64,000 nucleotides of DNA from Octopus vulgaris (lineage: Eukaryota), in NCBI GenBank assembly GCA_951406725.2, contig OX597830.1, forward strand, positions 37,944,001 through 38,008,000, written 5' to 3'. This document shows positions 31,249 to 49,071 of this stretch, piece by piece. The first letter of the stretch is position 1. Every line of letters starts with the position of its first letter. The notes under the pieces were generated by a model, which saw only the letters and a list, made by a program, of their open reading frames with translations, made no database searches and was not told the DNA's origin. The position numbers were made by a program, and so were the translations under genes.

Positions 31249-31339
31249 GAACACAGAAATTAACAGGGAGATACTACTACTACTACTACTACTACTACTA
31301 ATGATGATGATGATGATGATAATAATAATAATAATAATA

Positions 31340-31397
31340 ACGCGAATAGGCCAGACATCATAATAAAAGACTTCAGACAAAAATCATGCCTCCTCAT

Positions 31398-31469
<72 letters not shown>

Positions 31470-31918
31470 ATATATCCCAATCGATATAAACGTACCTGTC
31501 AAGACCTACCAGAAACTGAGCAAATATAAAGATCTGGAAATAGAAATCAGCAAAATGTGGAACCTGAAGACTAAAACAATAACTCTTCTCATAGGTGCCC
31601 TGAGAATGATAGCAAAAGGGTATGATTGCTACCTAACTCAGATACCATGAAACCCCAAAATGGCAGAAATTCAAAAGATAGTGCTCATGGGAACTGCTCA
31701 TATCCTACGCAAAATAATTTCTTTGTTATCTCAAGATTTAAAACAAACATAATTTTCGTATGGTTTTTTAGGCATTCCCTAGTAGAACACTAAGTACAAA
31801 ACCAAATATATGGCAACCTAGGCATAACACCAGCATGAACTTCCAACTTGTCTCTTGAGGTCTATGGGTGAGACTTGGAGCCAGCTTGTGCAAATGTAAA
31901 GCAAAAGTCAAACATAGA
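31340..31918 (+). mobile_element. Dong/R4-type non-LTR retrotransposon 3' end (RLE endonuclease) in (TAA)n
   Basis: ANRPDIIIKDFRQKSCLLID...KLSKYKDLEIEISKMWNLKT..IGAL. The 3' UTR matches 57315-57511. Both flanks are (TAA)n. Confidence 0.88.
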
Positions 31919-31942
31919 ATAATAATAATAATAATAATAATG

Positions 31943-32452
<510 letters not shown>

Positions 32453-32996
32453 TGATGCAATACCATGCAGTGGCTCTCATGGCTTTTGATCTTAACTGAT
32501 TGTAAGTGTTGTCATGTACATTGTTTTGTCTTGGTAAAGATGGTCTACAGCACATATTCTTCTCAATACCACAGATTTGCTTGTCAGTTGCTTGACCATA
32601 CCCAGTTGAACACGTCCCTTGCTGGCTGATGATACGTTCATTTCTGATCACCACCATAAGTAGTGGGGGCATCGTAGCCATGAGTTGAGAGGAATTCTTT
32701 GTGGTGTGGATAATTCACCTTTGGAAACATGTGTGTTTTGTTGAACATCCTTAAACAACCCATATTTAGGGACCTTTTGAGCGGGATGGGCGACTGCACC
32801 AGAAGAAAATTCTAACTGGCCCCTACCTGCAAGTTTATGCGCTGTTTGTCTTAATATCAAATAACGATGTCGCGAACATATGGTTGTGATGCATGTGCCT
32901 ACTGTACACTTATCAGACTGGTGGTCATGATGGGTATGCAATGCTTTGTATGTTTTACCCAGTGTCACTTTGATGGCATGCACTGCTCTCTTACAC

Positions 32997-33350
<354 letters not shown>

Positions 33351-35624
33351 ATATATTATATATATCTAGCCGTACAGTTACTGCAATTATGAGGTCGATA
33401 GGCAATAATTTTAGAATTTGTTTCTTATGAACGATTTTTTAAAACGTGTTTCCTTTGTCAATTTCATTTATATTGATGTAACTTTGATTAATAAGTGATT
33501 CACAAAAATATTTAAACATTAATTGAAATTTACTGCTGGCATTGTTTGATTAATTATTCGATTTGATTTTAGGAATTAAGAATTTTAAGGTTTATTGTTT
33601 GTTATTTTCTATCCCTGTTATTAGGTTTTGCATTTCTACAAAGTTTATGGACACTAAGAATAGTTAACGAGAATATTAATTTACTGAAAAATGCATTTCC
33701 TTTTGTTTTGTGAAATCCTTGCTCTAGAAGTTTTAAACACTTCGGGGTATTTTGATAATGATCATGTTAGTATTATTTATTTTATCGCATTTGATCATAA
33801 TTATACCATTAATTTAAAATTCTTTATGGTTTTAATCTTGAAATTCATTACGTTGTAGCAGGAAGCCCCTATTATCAGAATAAACGATTCATTTATGTTT
33901 GAATGGGGTTGAAATTAAACAAAATATAACTCGATTTGAAGATTTTTAAAGATTTGATTGTTCGGTTACGTGTTATTGTTTATCAAATTAGTTTCATTTT
34001 GATGATATTATTAATAGTTTATTATATATTTCAGTGAGCCTGCACTTCATACTTTATTAATTCGAATGACTTATGTATGTATGTATTGAATTCCTTTCAA
34101 GTTTCTATATGTTTTCGAGTTCGGTGAGTTTGGTAATGATTGCGTTTATGTCTCGCACTCACATCGGTTGCTGATGGTTAAGTTTATCTGAAAGTTTTAT
34201 TTTACCAACAATTAGTGGGAGCGTAGAATGGTTTTTTTTTTCTCATCTGCACAACGTCATCAATCGTAAGGAGAACAGAGATAGATATGGAATGTAAATC
34301 GATATTTTTCTTTTCGGAACAATATATATATATATATTTTTTGCATCAATGGGCTTTTTCATATCATCTTAGTAGTGGCCTTTTTATGAATATTTTAGTA
34401 CCATTAATTTTCTGTTTGGTGTAGCCAGCCTTTTCTTATCGATTTTCCAAATTCTTGTAGCACTATGTTACAACAAAATTTTCCTTGTTAATTTTATTGT
34501 TGCACAAATATTAATAAAGAAATCAGTGTACAGTAACTACAGTGTTGTTTCTTTTCTTATAAAATAAAAGGGAAAAACACTGTATATAATATCTATTTAC
34601 GATAAACATATATGACCACAGATTCATATATTATAAAAGAGAAACGGCAGACGAGATAATTAGCAGGTGGTTATAAAACAACGTATATATGAAATACTTG
34701 TGGCCAAGGACAATGCAATCACAATGAAGTAATCACTACAACTATGAGCTGATGTACATAAGAGTTAATCAAATCTCTTTCAGGACAACAGGCATTAGGA
34801 AATGTTATTTCCTTTTGGTAATTAAACTGTGCATTTTATTGTAGAAAATAATTTACCTTTACCGTTCACGTCCCTGTTAATATTTATATCTATAAATGAC
34901 ACACTGGACATTAGATTGTCTGTGACTGGTTCGTATATTGTTGAATATCTTCTGAAAATAACGAGTCTGCCGATAATACGCAAATTAGATTGAAAAATAT
35001 CAGTAGAAACCTAAACATTTTACAAGAAAATCAATAGGTATAAAATTAGACTTTTGATGAAAAATTTTACCGAGATTTGTGAGGAGAGATTAAAGTGTAG
35101 ACTGGAGTTAAAATGTTATTGTTTTATATCCAGGAACAGAACGTAAACTAAAATGGTTTATAGACATGAGAAGCTGTAAATATAAGCATCCACGTATGTT
35201 TTATGTCTAGGTGTTCATTTCGGCACTTACTTTGCTACTAAAGATTTAATAGTTAGCTAAACAGATTCATATCGACAAATCAGAAGCATTGGGACCCGCA
35301 AACATGCCACTCCTGCCCAATGTGCTTTATGAATTAGTTTGAAAAAAAAATGACAGTTGGGAACTTTGCAAATCCAAAATCAAATTGATAACACGTACAA
35401 CATCCACACTCTGATTCACTGTGAATACACTGATTGACCAATGGTTATGCACTGCAACACACACAGCAAATCAAAATAGAATAACGTTAGTGGATAAAAA
35501 TTTATATATGTATATTGTATATAAATATATAAGGATAACATCTATATAAGAATTTATCAAGTAGCCAGTGTCAAAAACTACTTCAGAAAAAAATTAATAC
35601 AAAATATATAAGTTTATAATATAT

Positions 35625-36321
35625 ATCCTCACCAGCTCCAAATAAGACCAAGTTCGTATCTATTTCTTTACTACCCACAAGGGGCTAAACACAGAGAGGA
35701 CAAACGGATTAAGTCGATTATATCGACCCCAGTGCGTAAATGGTACTTAATTTATCGACCCCGAAAGGATGAAAGTCAAAGTCGACCTTGGCAGAATTTG
35801 AACTCAGATCGTAGCGGCAGACGAAATACTGCTAAGCGTTTCGCCCGGCGTGCTAACGTTTCTGCCAGCTCGCCGCCAAGTTCGTATCATCAATAGGGAA
35901 GATGATGGCATTAGTTGTTTCGGATGCAAAATGCATTGTGTTTATTGACTACCTTCAAAAGTATTAAATCATCAATGGAGAGAATCATACCAATTTTCTG
36001 AGACATTTATGCAAACGCCGAGGAAAACTGACGAAGGGTGTCTTCCGTCATCAGGACAATATTCAAACACTTTCAGCGGCTGATGTGCATGGCTGTAACT
36101 TTGAACGAGTTAATGATCCTCCCTATTCCGCATTTGACTATCATTTGTTTCTCTACAGTTGCTTGGGAACCAGCATCACAGTGATAATAGTGTTATACAT
36201 GGTCATATTGTTAATAACGTTTTTGAGCAACAGCATAAAAGCTTCTAAGCCAATGGGATCCAAGCTCGGCAATAATGATGGAAGGATTGTGTTGAGTAAA
36301 GGTGACTGCATTGAAAAATGA
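35625..36321 (+). mobile_element. mariner transposase C-terminal remnant interrupted by a SINE
   Basis: SPAPNKTKFVSS|IGKMMA..DAKCIVFIDYLQK, RRGKLTKGVFRHQDN, PPYSAFDYHLF, KGDCIEK*. Confidence 0.8.
35661..35877 (-). mobile_element. SINE family B with target-site duplication
   Basis: aagttcgtatc at 35650-35660 and 35878-35888. Confidence 0.9.
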
Positions 36322-36493
36322 ACCTCATTTGTCACATTCCATAAGTTTATTTAAATTTTTGGATTAATGTCTATATATTTCATGTCATATGGCTACAATT
36401 TTTGTATATGTGGAATAATATTATAACACATTCTTTTGATATAGTTTTGCGCGTGTATCTGTTGAATGTTTCTGATTTTTAATTTGGTTTCAG

Positions 36494-36559
36494 TTATGAT
36501 ATTTTATGTGATTTCAATACTTCCACCATTGGACTTGTGGCAACTCCAGAAACATCTCC
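36494..36559 (+). CDS. Candidate 66-nt internal exon of an unknown gene
   Basis: ttggtttcag| acceptor and |gtaagt donor; length is a multiple of 3; two frames open (YDILCDFNTSTIGLVATPETS or MIFYVISILPPLDLWQLQKHL). Confidence 0.4.
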
Positions 36560-36956
36560 GTAAGTATTATTTCTTCCAGTAAAAAATAGATTTTCATACA
36601 AACTCGTTTTTCAAATACACTATTGTTCAAACCAGCAACGAATTATCGACTATAGTAAGCATATATTAATACTAGCAGGTCTAGATCGATGCCTAAAGCG
36701 TGTGACATGATACGGTTAGTGTTGGATTGAAGGTTAATGTCACACCTACACCAGTGGCAGAGTGCAACCTGGTCGGCTAGTTATCGCCTTCGAATGAAAA
36801 TAAGGTTATATTTTGTACAGACTCCGTATATTTAAATACACACGCACATACAAATGCCCGCACATATTCATATATTAATATACGTATGTCTTTAAGTATG
36901 TATATGCATTTCTCCCTCTATATATATGTATATATACAATACCCATACAACTGGTA

Positions 36957-37006
<50 letters not shown>

Positions 37007-38949
37007 GTATGTATGTATGTGTGTGTATGTATACTTATACATATATATATATGTATATATGCATGTATATATGTATGTATATATGCATATATGTGTGTAT
37101 GTGTGTGTGTGAGTGTGCACGCGTGTATGCAGATGGAAAAGAAATCAAATTATATGCAGAACTTTGAGGAGGTAATTCGATTCAGTTATTGAGAAATCAA
37201 ATATAATAGTCTGTAAGATTGTTATCATAGACAGGTGTATTGTGATAACTGATTAAACGTGGTAGAATATATTATGGATATCTGCATATAGTGTAAATTC
37301 TTTTGATATCGAAATGTACATTAGATAATAAAGATTCACAAGGTGTTAAATGATTTAAATCCGGTAAGAAAAGATTTTGCTTTTAAATGTCAGGAAAACT
37401 ATTCCGAAATAAATATTTATCAAAATGCAAACTACTTTAGGCTCTATCAAGGTGGATAAATAATCCATGCCTCAACAAATACCGTATCTCAGCCACCCGC
37501 TGTTGTCGTAATCTTCAAACATGTGTCTGTTTTGTTGCTGTGCATCACCTCCGTCTGCATTTAGCCGAGTCAAATGCAGCAGCAATATTCTCACTTGTTC
37601 ATTGTTTTGAAAAATATAAACAGCCAACTCATTTTCCCGAGAAGTATGAGAAAAGACACTTCCCTTATTCCTCTGATTATGCAGGTTAAAAAAAACATTG
37701 CAGATGTATGGGGGAGATAATAGCGCAACAAATCTGAAGCTATCATTTTGCTTTGAGTTCAATGTTTAAGAATTCAAATCCATTATTAAAATTATTCGTA
37801 GCAAGATAAATATTCTGAATCAATGGCGGTTTATATAAATCATACATGGAATTTTGAAATAGTTTTCGTTGTGGCGTCATGTTAAAATACACATTTACCA
37901 ACTTCACAAGTTATATAAATTGCAAAGTAGGAAAAAAATACTCCATATCTCTATCAACTTTGCTTAAGTTCTGTATCCAGGTGTATCTTAAAATACACCA
38001 ACTTGAAATGATGGAAAGAAAACAAAGTATTTCTCTAAATAGATTTTGATTTTTAACGAAACAAACATACATATAATTATTTTCAGTAATTTTTTGTGAG
38101 GATACATTTAGCTCTATAATTAATTGTTTACAGAATGAAATCAATGCAAAATTTGTTGCCTAAAGGCTTTTTGGATATGAATCGCACTCTCATTAAAATG
38201 AAACCGATATTACTGTATATATGTGTATTTGGTTGTATATATGTGTATATGTTTATTCGTAATAATATGTGTATTTATAATACTGAATATGAAACATAAA
38301 GATATCTAATAAATTTCAATTTTAGATCAGTCACCTTAATCAACAATATTTTTGGATCGTTAGTCCGTTTTTCTTTCTATCTCTATATCACCATCTCTGT
38401 TTATTAAAATTTATATTTGTGGAGAGACAAATGTTTCATATTGTGTATGTTAGGTTGAAAACAAATCTTTCTTGCTTCTTTGTCTATCTTGGTTCTTAGT
38501 CCTTTATAGATTGATATATACTTATGGTGGTTCAAGCGAGATTTATACAGCTTATCATCCGGCTGAAGTAAATATCGGTGTCATATGTCTTATGATAGAT
38601 TATAATGCAAGGAAGAGAATTTTTTGTTGCTCTGATAATGTTCGGTCTGCTGCAGGTTTCGCTGACGGCCTACGTGTTGGTATCACAACCAACTACATCG
38701 ACAGTATACTTACTGTAATGAACGCAAAGAAAATTGTAGAAATGCTAAAAAAATGACATATAAATAAAACAGCCAAAATTCCCTATCACGTATAATGTTA
38801 ATAAATCTCTTGGTGATATAATACGTCCATTTCTAGACATAAATACGGAGTTACAAAATAACAGATTTATCACGTCCGCTTGTATCGAGGACATTAATAA
38901 ATATGTCCGTGGTTTTGCATATTGTGAACGTTCATACATATATAAAATG

Positions 38950-39810
38950 TCAGATGTGAAATCCCTACGCTAGAAGAGCTTCCAAACTCTACCCACAATA
39001 GAAGTATTATATAAAAAAAGCAGAAATACACATCATATAAAGCTATAGAAAAATCTAAAACAGATAACCCTGGAAGAATACTGAAAAATCGAATGCAATA
39101 AATACATCAGACATGACAGCTATTACTTTTTAACAAACAACACATTACCTATTACCTGAAACAAATTAATCACTAGATAAAAAAATATATGAGCACGTTT
39201 TAAAAACACGCACGAAACAGAATACATAATCCATTGCACACAATCATAAGCTTTCACTAATTATACATGACAAAAACATTAAAATTTCATACATATATCC
39301 TTATGAATATGAAAACATTGCCCGCATAAATAAAACGTACTGCAAATAATCAATATGATTTAGAAATATATATTCGATGCCAACAAAGTATAATTGTTTA
39401 CAGACCCTCTGTATCTTTCTTCCAACTCACCGTTCATTTATGACAAGAAGCAAGTGAATCGCGCATCACAGATTATAAAAGAGACTTGAATTATAAAGGA
39501 AACATCATTAGGTAATTACTAATTCATATTTGATATAATTTCCAAATCAAGTAACATTTAAATTATGGGATCGCGATCAACAGCACACCACAACGCAACG
39601 ACATATCCACTCTCAAACAATGTATTAATGAACGAAAGAAAATAAAGTCAATGAAGGGCAGAGACAAAAATCAAAATTGAACAGCACCACACCATAAGCA
39701 AAAAAATGCTACAATGAACAAAATATGGTTCGTATTTTTTCTTTTTAGAGATAAACACAAAATTAAACAAAAACATGAGTTATTAACATGCATTCGAATT
39801 TAGATCTCAC
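38950..39810 (+). mobile_element. Highly decayed Penelope-like remnant
   Basis: Fragments resemble the PLE motifs NIKISY..MNMK, C.NE and LNK.HEL..C. Many stops. Confidence 0.45.
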
Positions 39811-41492
39811 TGGGACTAAAATTAGTGGAATCCTTTCAATGTGTCGTAGTTGGTTTCAACCTACCTTTTATATATTTTAATGAATTAATGGTTTACATAT
39901 CTGTTTGTTTCTATCCAAACATGAATGCAACGAATCATGTCGAATATTCTCTGGTGCCAATCCCGGGAATTTGCATAGGTTTGAAGTCCAATAATTGGTA
40001 ATACAACTCTAGATTTTAAAGATCAAGAATATTTTGCAAATTACATTTTTACTCCTAGGTCTTGGTGTCTTACCGGCCTTTGTTTTCCCGATACTTCGTA
40101 AATGCAATTTTGTGTGTGTATGTTTGAAATGATATTAGTTCTGTAGTGAACGTAATGTTATTAGAACAGATTAAATGAAGGCATTACTACTAAGGACTGG
40201 GAGCAACAACTTTCAACATTAGTAACATGACTTTTCATACCTTATTCTAATGTTTTGCCGGAACACCATAAGTCCCTTCGAAAAGCATATGAAAACTATT
40301 ACTTAATGTGGATATAATCATATTCTTACTCCTTTGCTATGAAGCGAATACTTTAAGATCAATTATATAAGCATTCGTATTTCAAAGCATGCCTTTTGTT
40401 TTACATAATGAGGAAACTTGATTTACCTCAATTTGTATGTGTTTCCAGCTTAACTTGTTACAGTTGCAATTTAACATCATAAGATATGTATGAGAAAGAA
40501 ATTATATCCAGAAATGTCCACGACACAGTAACTCTTCATACCACGAATAATTTCTAATATTCTAAATATTAATTTTCAGCTATTGCAGTTTGTTACCGAT
40601 CTATGTAAAAATAATTTCAATGGAAAATTTCAACGTGGATCAAGAGTCAATGCGAGAAACCGTTTGAAGACACGTGTTATAAGAACTACTTTTGTCGAGA
40701 CCAGTTGATTTATATATATCATGACGTCTGTGTCGCGAATATTGAACAGTTTTATGATCTGATTGCAATGAGAAAAGTCGACAGCTGAAGCTTTATTTAC
40801 AGTCCATTTCAAGACCCTCTCACCGGATATTTGTAATAGAGAGAAGTAGTAGTAATGGAAATGATGAACAATCAAAATGTAAGTTAATTAACATTTATTG
40901 GTTTACTTAAAAAACAATGTTGACGTCTCTATTTGTGGAAGGATGTTTACATTTTCTATAAAATATTTGGCACGTTCGAAAAAAAATAGCAGTTAAAGAA
41001 GGAATCCACTTGAACCTAAGTTAATTCAGTTATATAAATAATCTAACATGACATTTGACATGAAAACATATCATAGGAATGGCAATAGATTTTGCTGAAG
41101 ATAATGTATAGGGATTCTAATGATTACCAGAACTCTGCAAACCGAATTATGTCTGGAGATATTTGAGATACAAATAACGAAAATAACAAAAAAGAAAATA
41201 AAAGGCAAGAAAAGAAAAAGAAATCCGTTCCTCATAGATCGTTTGAATGTTACAAATTACATCTGTTGTTCTGAATTTGAAAACAGAAAAACCGAATAAC
41301 TCCGTTTGTTATAACTAAGGTTGGTAAAACCGCAGTGCATCTTGTAAAGTGTAAAATGTACTCTCAGAAAGTGTTTCTCACCTGTTTCCTGCATACTTTG
41401 AACACAACGTTGAAAGACATGCCAAGTGTTATGCTTCAACACAAGGATGAATAAAATGCTTATACTTTATATATATATAAATTCTCAATGCC

Positions 41493-43122
<1,630 letters not shown>

Positions 43123-43130
43123 TGTATGGA

Positions 43131-43209
<79 letters not shown>

Positions 43210-44750
43210 AGTGTGTGTGTGTGTGTTTGTGTGTGTGTGTACGTGCGCGCTCTCCTAAGTATGTCTGTGGTTTGAGCGTGTGCGTGAACGTGTGTGTATG
43301 TGTAGCGCACGTTTGTATGTTTTATTAGAATTTTTCTATGAAAGAGGGCGCTGGTTTATGAGAAGGAGTCAATAGGCTGGATGGCTTGAAGTTAGATATT
43401 AACATCCATAATGGTATCATATTGCACTTTAAAATATGACGCTGCTCTCTTCTACTTACATATTGTATGTGCAACGTGCGTGCTACATGGTGTCTATGGT
43501 TACATTATTTTTGTATTCTCTCCAAAACAGTTGAGCCTGCTAATTATCTAACTGTAAATGTTTTAATGAGGAAGTTCCACAAATATTCATTGTACCGGTA
43601 ACAAAGTACTCAACATTAGATATTTTGTTTTTATTTATCCCAGGGAAGTTCGACTGCAGATGCCATTGTATAGTTTTTAATCTTCGTATAAATGTATGCG
43701 TGGGTATTATTTATTTGTCAATAATCTTGATGGTGAAACCTTGTTTATCCAGATATTGCATTAATACCGGATTGCCATCTACCCACGCACGGATTTTAGA
43801 CAACTTATTGATAAGACAATGCCTTTGTTTACATCCCTGAAGCCTTTTCAGTGACTTCTTGATCTCTAACACTCTGCCTTTTATATTTGATGGTGGATTG
43901 TATATTTCCTATGCATCTAGCGAGGCGTATATTTCCGTATGATTTTGTGTGTATCAGTTTCTGGGCTGTATTAGTTATGTATGTATGTCTCTAATTATGT
44001 TTGCATTTGAGATGTACTTTAATGGCGGCGAGATTCCTTGAATGTTTATGCAGTGTCTGGTTGGTGTTTATATTGTTTTTTTATTGTTATGTCGAAATGA
44101 AATTTTAAAGACTTGTTGGTGATATTATGTGTTAACGTTTATTTATCTGATTTCATTCGTGGTTCATGAATTGTCAGTCTTTATCTCTGTACCAGTGTGT
44201 GTCTACGCATGTTAGTGCTTGGTTGCTCAGCTCAATATAGAAGAGTCTAGCAAAGTGTTAGATGACAAATGTATCAGACAAAGTGTATATAAAATATCAT
44301 GCATGTATAAAGGAGCCAAATATTGTTGGAAACCATCAGGAGAGGAATATCCACATAAACCGGAAAAAATTTTGTAACAAACCCTCACCAAACAACGATG
44401 GACAAATCACTCTGATGCTTTACAAACGACAAATTTTACACTGTATTGTTTGTGGAAATATACATTTAGATTCTGACTCGATCAAGATTTCTTTGTTTTG
44501 GAAAGCATTACCTTAACAAAATTTATTATTAACAGAGTCCAGAAAGGGATATACGCATTAAATTATTGGTTTGTAAGTCACAAGCATTTGAGAAGTAAAA
44601 CTGTGTATTTGCAATACAGTTGCACCGATAAATATAAAGAGTAAAAATGTTATATGACACATCATCTGTGTGAAAGTGCAGTGATATTGACTCTATACAA
44701 TGATTAGTAGAAATAGCTCATTATATAATTTATAGCAATTCGGAACGTAT

Positions 44751-44781
<31 letters not shown>

Positions 44782-45087
44782 CTCTTCTCGAGACTTTTGC
44801 TCACTGCTCCATACAAACCCATAAAACTGCTATGGCAAGTTTGTGTTTAGGCTGTCACCGATATATTAATATAGAAGCTTTTATATGCATACTCTAATAC
44901 GTTTCCTGAAATGGACTTAAATCCACACACACACGCACGCACACATGCACACACGTACGCACACATGCACAAACGCACGCACACAAACACGCATACATTA
45001 TTTGCAGCTTCGTTACGGCAAGAACAACAAAAAGCACTTAATCCAGTGACAGATAAAAATCTTATAATATACACAGTATAAAAGAGC

Positions 45088-45300
45088 AACGAGCTGGCAG
45101 AATCGTTAGCGGTATTTCGCTTGCCATTTCGTTCTGAATTCAAACCGCGCTAAGGTCGACATTGCCTTTCATCCTTTCTGGGTCGAATAAATAAATACCA
45201 GTTACGCACTGGAGTCGATGTAATATATTTGTCTCAATATCTTTGCCTGTCCTTGTTTGTCCCCTCTCTGTTTAGCCTGCTGTGGGCAATAAAGAAATAA
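45088..45300 (+). mobile_element. SINE family B
   Basis: gagctggcagaatcgttagc...gttctgaattcaaa...gcctttcatcctttc.gggtcga. Confidence 0.8.
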
Positions 45301-45329
45301 ATATACACAGTATAAAGCTACAAGCTACT

Positions 45330-46150
45330 GAAATGTTCTTGCTTTGGTGACACAGTCTAGGCAGGTTCTGATACTTCGGCAAAATAACGATCTAGGCAGG
45401 TTCTTATACTTCGGCAAAATAACTGCAAAGATCACATTTGATGGGTCTCCGCCAGAAATAGAATCATCATGTCTTTTAGCGGTCGCATGCCCAAACATCA
45501 AGGAGAACGTCAACTTGATAGATTTCCAAGAGAGAACGGTGGGGAAATGGTGTGGCAAGTTGTTAACCACAACAATTCAAGCCACACCAGGGGTCATTGA
45601 TGGAATTCCGGATTTTATCATATTACTGGTTGAGAGAAGGCTAGGAGTCATTGTACAGGGCAGAACCCTGAGATGATTCGGGTGCGAATGACAAGGGTAC
45701 AAATGAAAAACCTGCCCTCAGTCCCTGCAACCCGAATCACACAAACAGAAGCAGAAATATACAGAGGTGCAACAAGAGTAAGCAGATATGGAAGCTGCGG
45801 GAGAGGAGGAGACGGCGGAGATGGAAACGGAAAAGGAAAGCAGCAAGGCGGCGTAGGCGTGAACATCAGCTTCGACAGAGGTGAGTGACGGGGAGTTGGC
45901 AGTTGTGGGAAGAGAAGCAAAAAAGAAAAAAAAAGAGTTTATTCTCTTCCTCCTACAAAATTTTTAAAAAAAAGCAAAAAATAAATAAGCAAGAACAAAC
46001 ACAAAATCAGAAAACGAAGGTGAAGGGAAAAGGCTAGGAGTCATTGAACAGGGCAGAACCCTGAGATGATTCGGGTGCGAATTACAAGGGCTCAAATGAA
46101 AAACCTGCCCTCAGTCCCTGCAACCCGAATCACAGAAACAGAAGCAGAAA
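45330..46150 (+). mobile_element. Decayed non-LTR ORF1/gag remnant with CCHC knuckle and internal 120-bp duplication
   Basis: ...LGVIVQGRTLR*FGCE*QGYK*KTCP reads as a degenerate CX2CX4HX4C. 45636-45757 is repeated at 46030-46150. Confidence 0.55.
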
Positions 46151-47714
46151 AGAAACCTAAAAAAAAAACAGAACATGAATACGGTACTCAATCGGAACAT
46201 AAATAAGGAAAAACAAATGAAATAGTAAAATAACTGTTTTAATTTTGTGTTTAAGTCGGAAAATGCTCAATGACGCAGCCTTGGTCGTGGGGCTCAGGTA
46301 TCCATCATTTCATCTTTTCATTAATCATATATTCTATCATCTTTTCATTTGATTTTAAATTTTTTCCCCATTTTGTATTTTGTTCTGTACCATTTCCTCT
46401 TTATTGGTCTCTAGTGGATTATAAAAAAAAATCAACAGTGTTTCATTTAACTGTTAATTCATACTTAACCATCGATTATTACATTCTCATCAAGGTCGAT
46501 AGTCGAATAAGCATTGAAGCTACACTTAAACACAAGGACACGAAATTACACGGTGGAAACCGGTTAAATTGGCAATATCGTATGGCAGTTGCCTATTTGA
46601 TGGACAGCAGATGAAAAGTGAAATTCGATCGTATAGCAACGGGATTTGATCTGGGAACAAACTGAGACGTAGCAAAATCGAATTTTCATTGTCCTTTTGT
46701 TACAGCATAATTAAAGAAACCTTGCCCAGTACAGTTTCGTGTTTCGGTTACGTCATTATGCATCGCTTTGCAACTGAATATATGAATGTATTTCATATTC
46801 AATTGGATATTTCTAGTCATGTCTCACTTTCTGTTTCATCCACTATATATTTAATTCACAACACGTTGTATTGTAGACCATAGCTACTTGTTTGTCAATA
46901 AGTATTAAATATTGTTATGATACATTATTAAATATTTAATACAAGCTTTGATTTTCTCTCTCTCTCTCTCTATTTCTGACATTCTCTCTCTCCTATACAT
47001 ACACACATACATGAATGCATATATATACACACACACATATACACTAACGCAAACACACACATATGTGCATGTATACGTGTGTCTGTTCCTAAGGAGAGGA
47101 AAAAAGACGGACAAAAGGAGAGAGATAGTCAAATGAATAGTGTTCTAGCTTTATAGTTTTTTTTAATCAACAGCTTTATCGATAACCATTTTCTACAGTA
47201 AAGCATTTCATTTAGTTTCAAGAACAAGTTATGTTCGCTGTGTTTATTCTTAGGTACCACCAATATGTTTGGCGTCCTACTATTAACTATGCTTTGTTGT
47301 GTAATTTTCATTCTCAACCTCTTGGTATATTTGAATCTAAAGGACATCCTATTTCAGCTGGTTATATAATTGTTTTCCACTACAATTTTGCTGCGCTACA
47401 TTAAATGAGTGTCGATGCATTTGTTGAGCATTGATGTGTATATTTTCTCATCAGTGTAGAAGATACCCGATTAGAATTTCTTCCCTCAACATAATACGTA
47501 ATGCATTCTCTGCCTGATATGTTTATATGGTTACATTTATTTGGATACAACCTTTTCACTGAAGAAGCCTATTTTTCTCGTGTTCTACTAATAAGTACAT
47601 CTATTCGAGATTCTTTTGTTGTGAAAAATGTATATCATGTTTTCCTTCATATCTCTATGCAAATTTCTTAATGATCCTAATAAGATGATGATGTTGATAC
47701 TCTCTCTTTCTCTC

Positions 47715-48100
47715 TTCTACTTGTTTCAGTCATTTGACTGCGGCCATGCTGGAGCACCGCAATTAGTCGAGCAAATCGACACCCGAACTTATTATTTGTA
47801 AGCCTAGTACTTATTCTATCGGTCTCTTTTGCCGAACCGCTATGTTACAGGGACGTAAACACACCAGCATCGGTTGTCAAGCAAACACAGACACACAAAC
47901 ACACACATATAGACACGTATACATATATAAATATATACGACGGGCTCCTTTCAGTTAGCGTCTACCAAATCCACTCAAAATGCTTTGGTCGGCCCGATGC
48001 TATAGTAGAAGACACTTGCCCAAGGTGCCACGCAGTGGGACTGAACCCAGTACTATGTGACTAGTAATCTAGCAACTTACCACACAGTCACTCCTGCGCC
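47715..48100 (-). mobile_element. SINE family C
   Basis: Reverse complement of 30693-31115. Confidence 0.88.
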
Positions 48101-48450
48101 TATGATAGTTGATAATTTTCATACTTTTTACTTGATAATTTTTATGATTTTTTTTTATTGCTGACGATGTTACAGTGTTAACATCTTAGTTTCGTAAATA
48201 CACAGTATTGAACACATAAATCCTGTCAGCGTACGAACTATATTTAGTTTAAATCCCTATTAATACTGAAATATTCAGTAACACATAGTTGTATGCGAGT
48301 TATAGATATATCAATACTTTATTGTCCAAGACCACAATATCGCACTGAAAATCCGTTCCTGATTATACTATTCCGCTCAAATTTCATTGGACTATTGATT
48401 AACGTCAGACGGTTGCTTTTTGATGTTAATACTATTTAACCCATATATAT

Positions 48451-48530
<80 letters not shown>

Positions 48531-48555
48531 ATAGATAGAAAGATGATAGATAGAT

Positions 48556-48890
48556 AGGCGCATAACTCAGTGGTTAGAGCGTCGAGCTTAAGATCGTCAG
48601 GTTGTGAGTTCGATTCCTGGACCAGGCTGCGTGTTGTGTTCTTGAGCAAGACACTTTATTTCACGTTGCTCCAGTACACTCAGCTGTAGAAACGAGTTGC
48701 GACACCACTGATGACAAGCTGTATCAGCCCGTTTGCCTTTCCCTTGGATAACATCAGTGATGTGGAGAGTGGAGCGTGGTATGTTTAGTCGACTACTGGT
48801 CTTCGATAAACAACCTTGCCCTGTGTTGTGCCTCGGAGGGCAACTTTGTAGGTGCAAACTCATGGTCATTCATGACCGAAGGGGGATCTC
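48556..48890 (+). mobile_element. tRNA-derived SINE (family A-type head, different body)
   Basis: ggcgcataactcagtggttagagcg (A-box), gagttcgattcc (B-box), gtgttcttgagcaagacactt. Confidence 0.85.
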
Positions 48891-49031
48891 AATATATATA
48901 TATATATATATATAGATGTGTGTGTGTATAAAGAGAGAGAGAGAGAGAGAAATAGAAGTATGATAACTTTCTAATAATTTTAATCTATACATACCTATTT
49001 TTCTATACAGTTTCCTTATGTGTGTCTGTCT

Positions 49032-49071
<40 letters not shown>

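Noticed and set aside
36027-36054. CUGACGA/CUGAUGA hairpin
   Set aside because: No GAAA follows, and it lies within mariner coding sequence.
48556-48630. tRNA gene
   Set aside because: The tRNA-like head continues into a SINE body; no proper acceptor stem or terminator.
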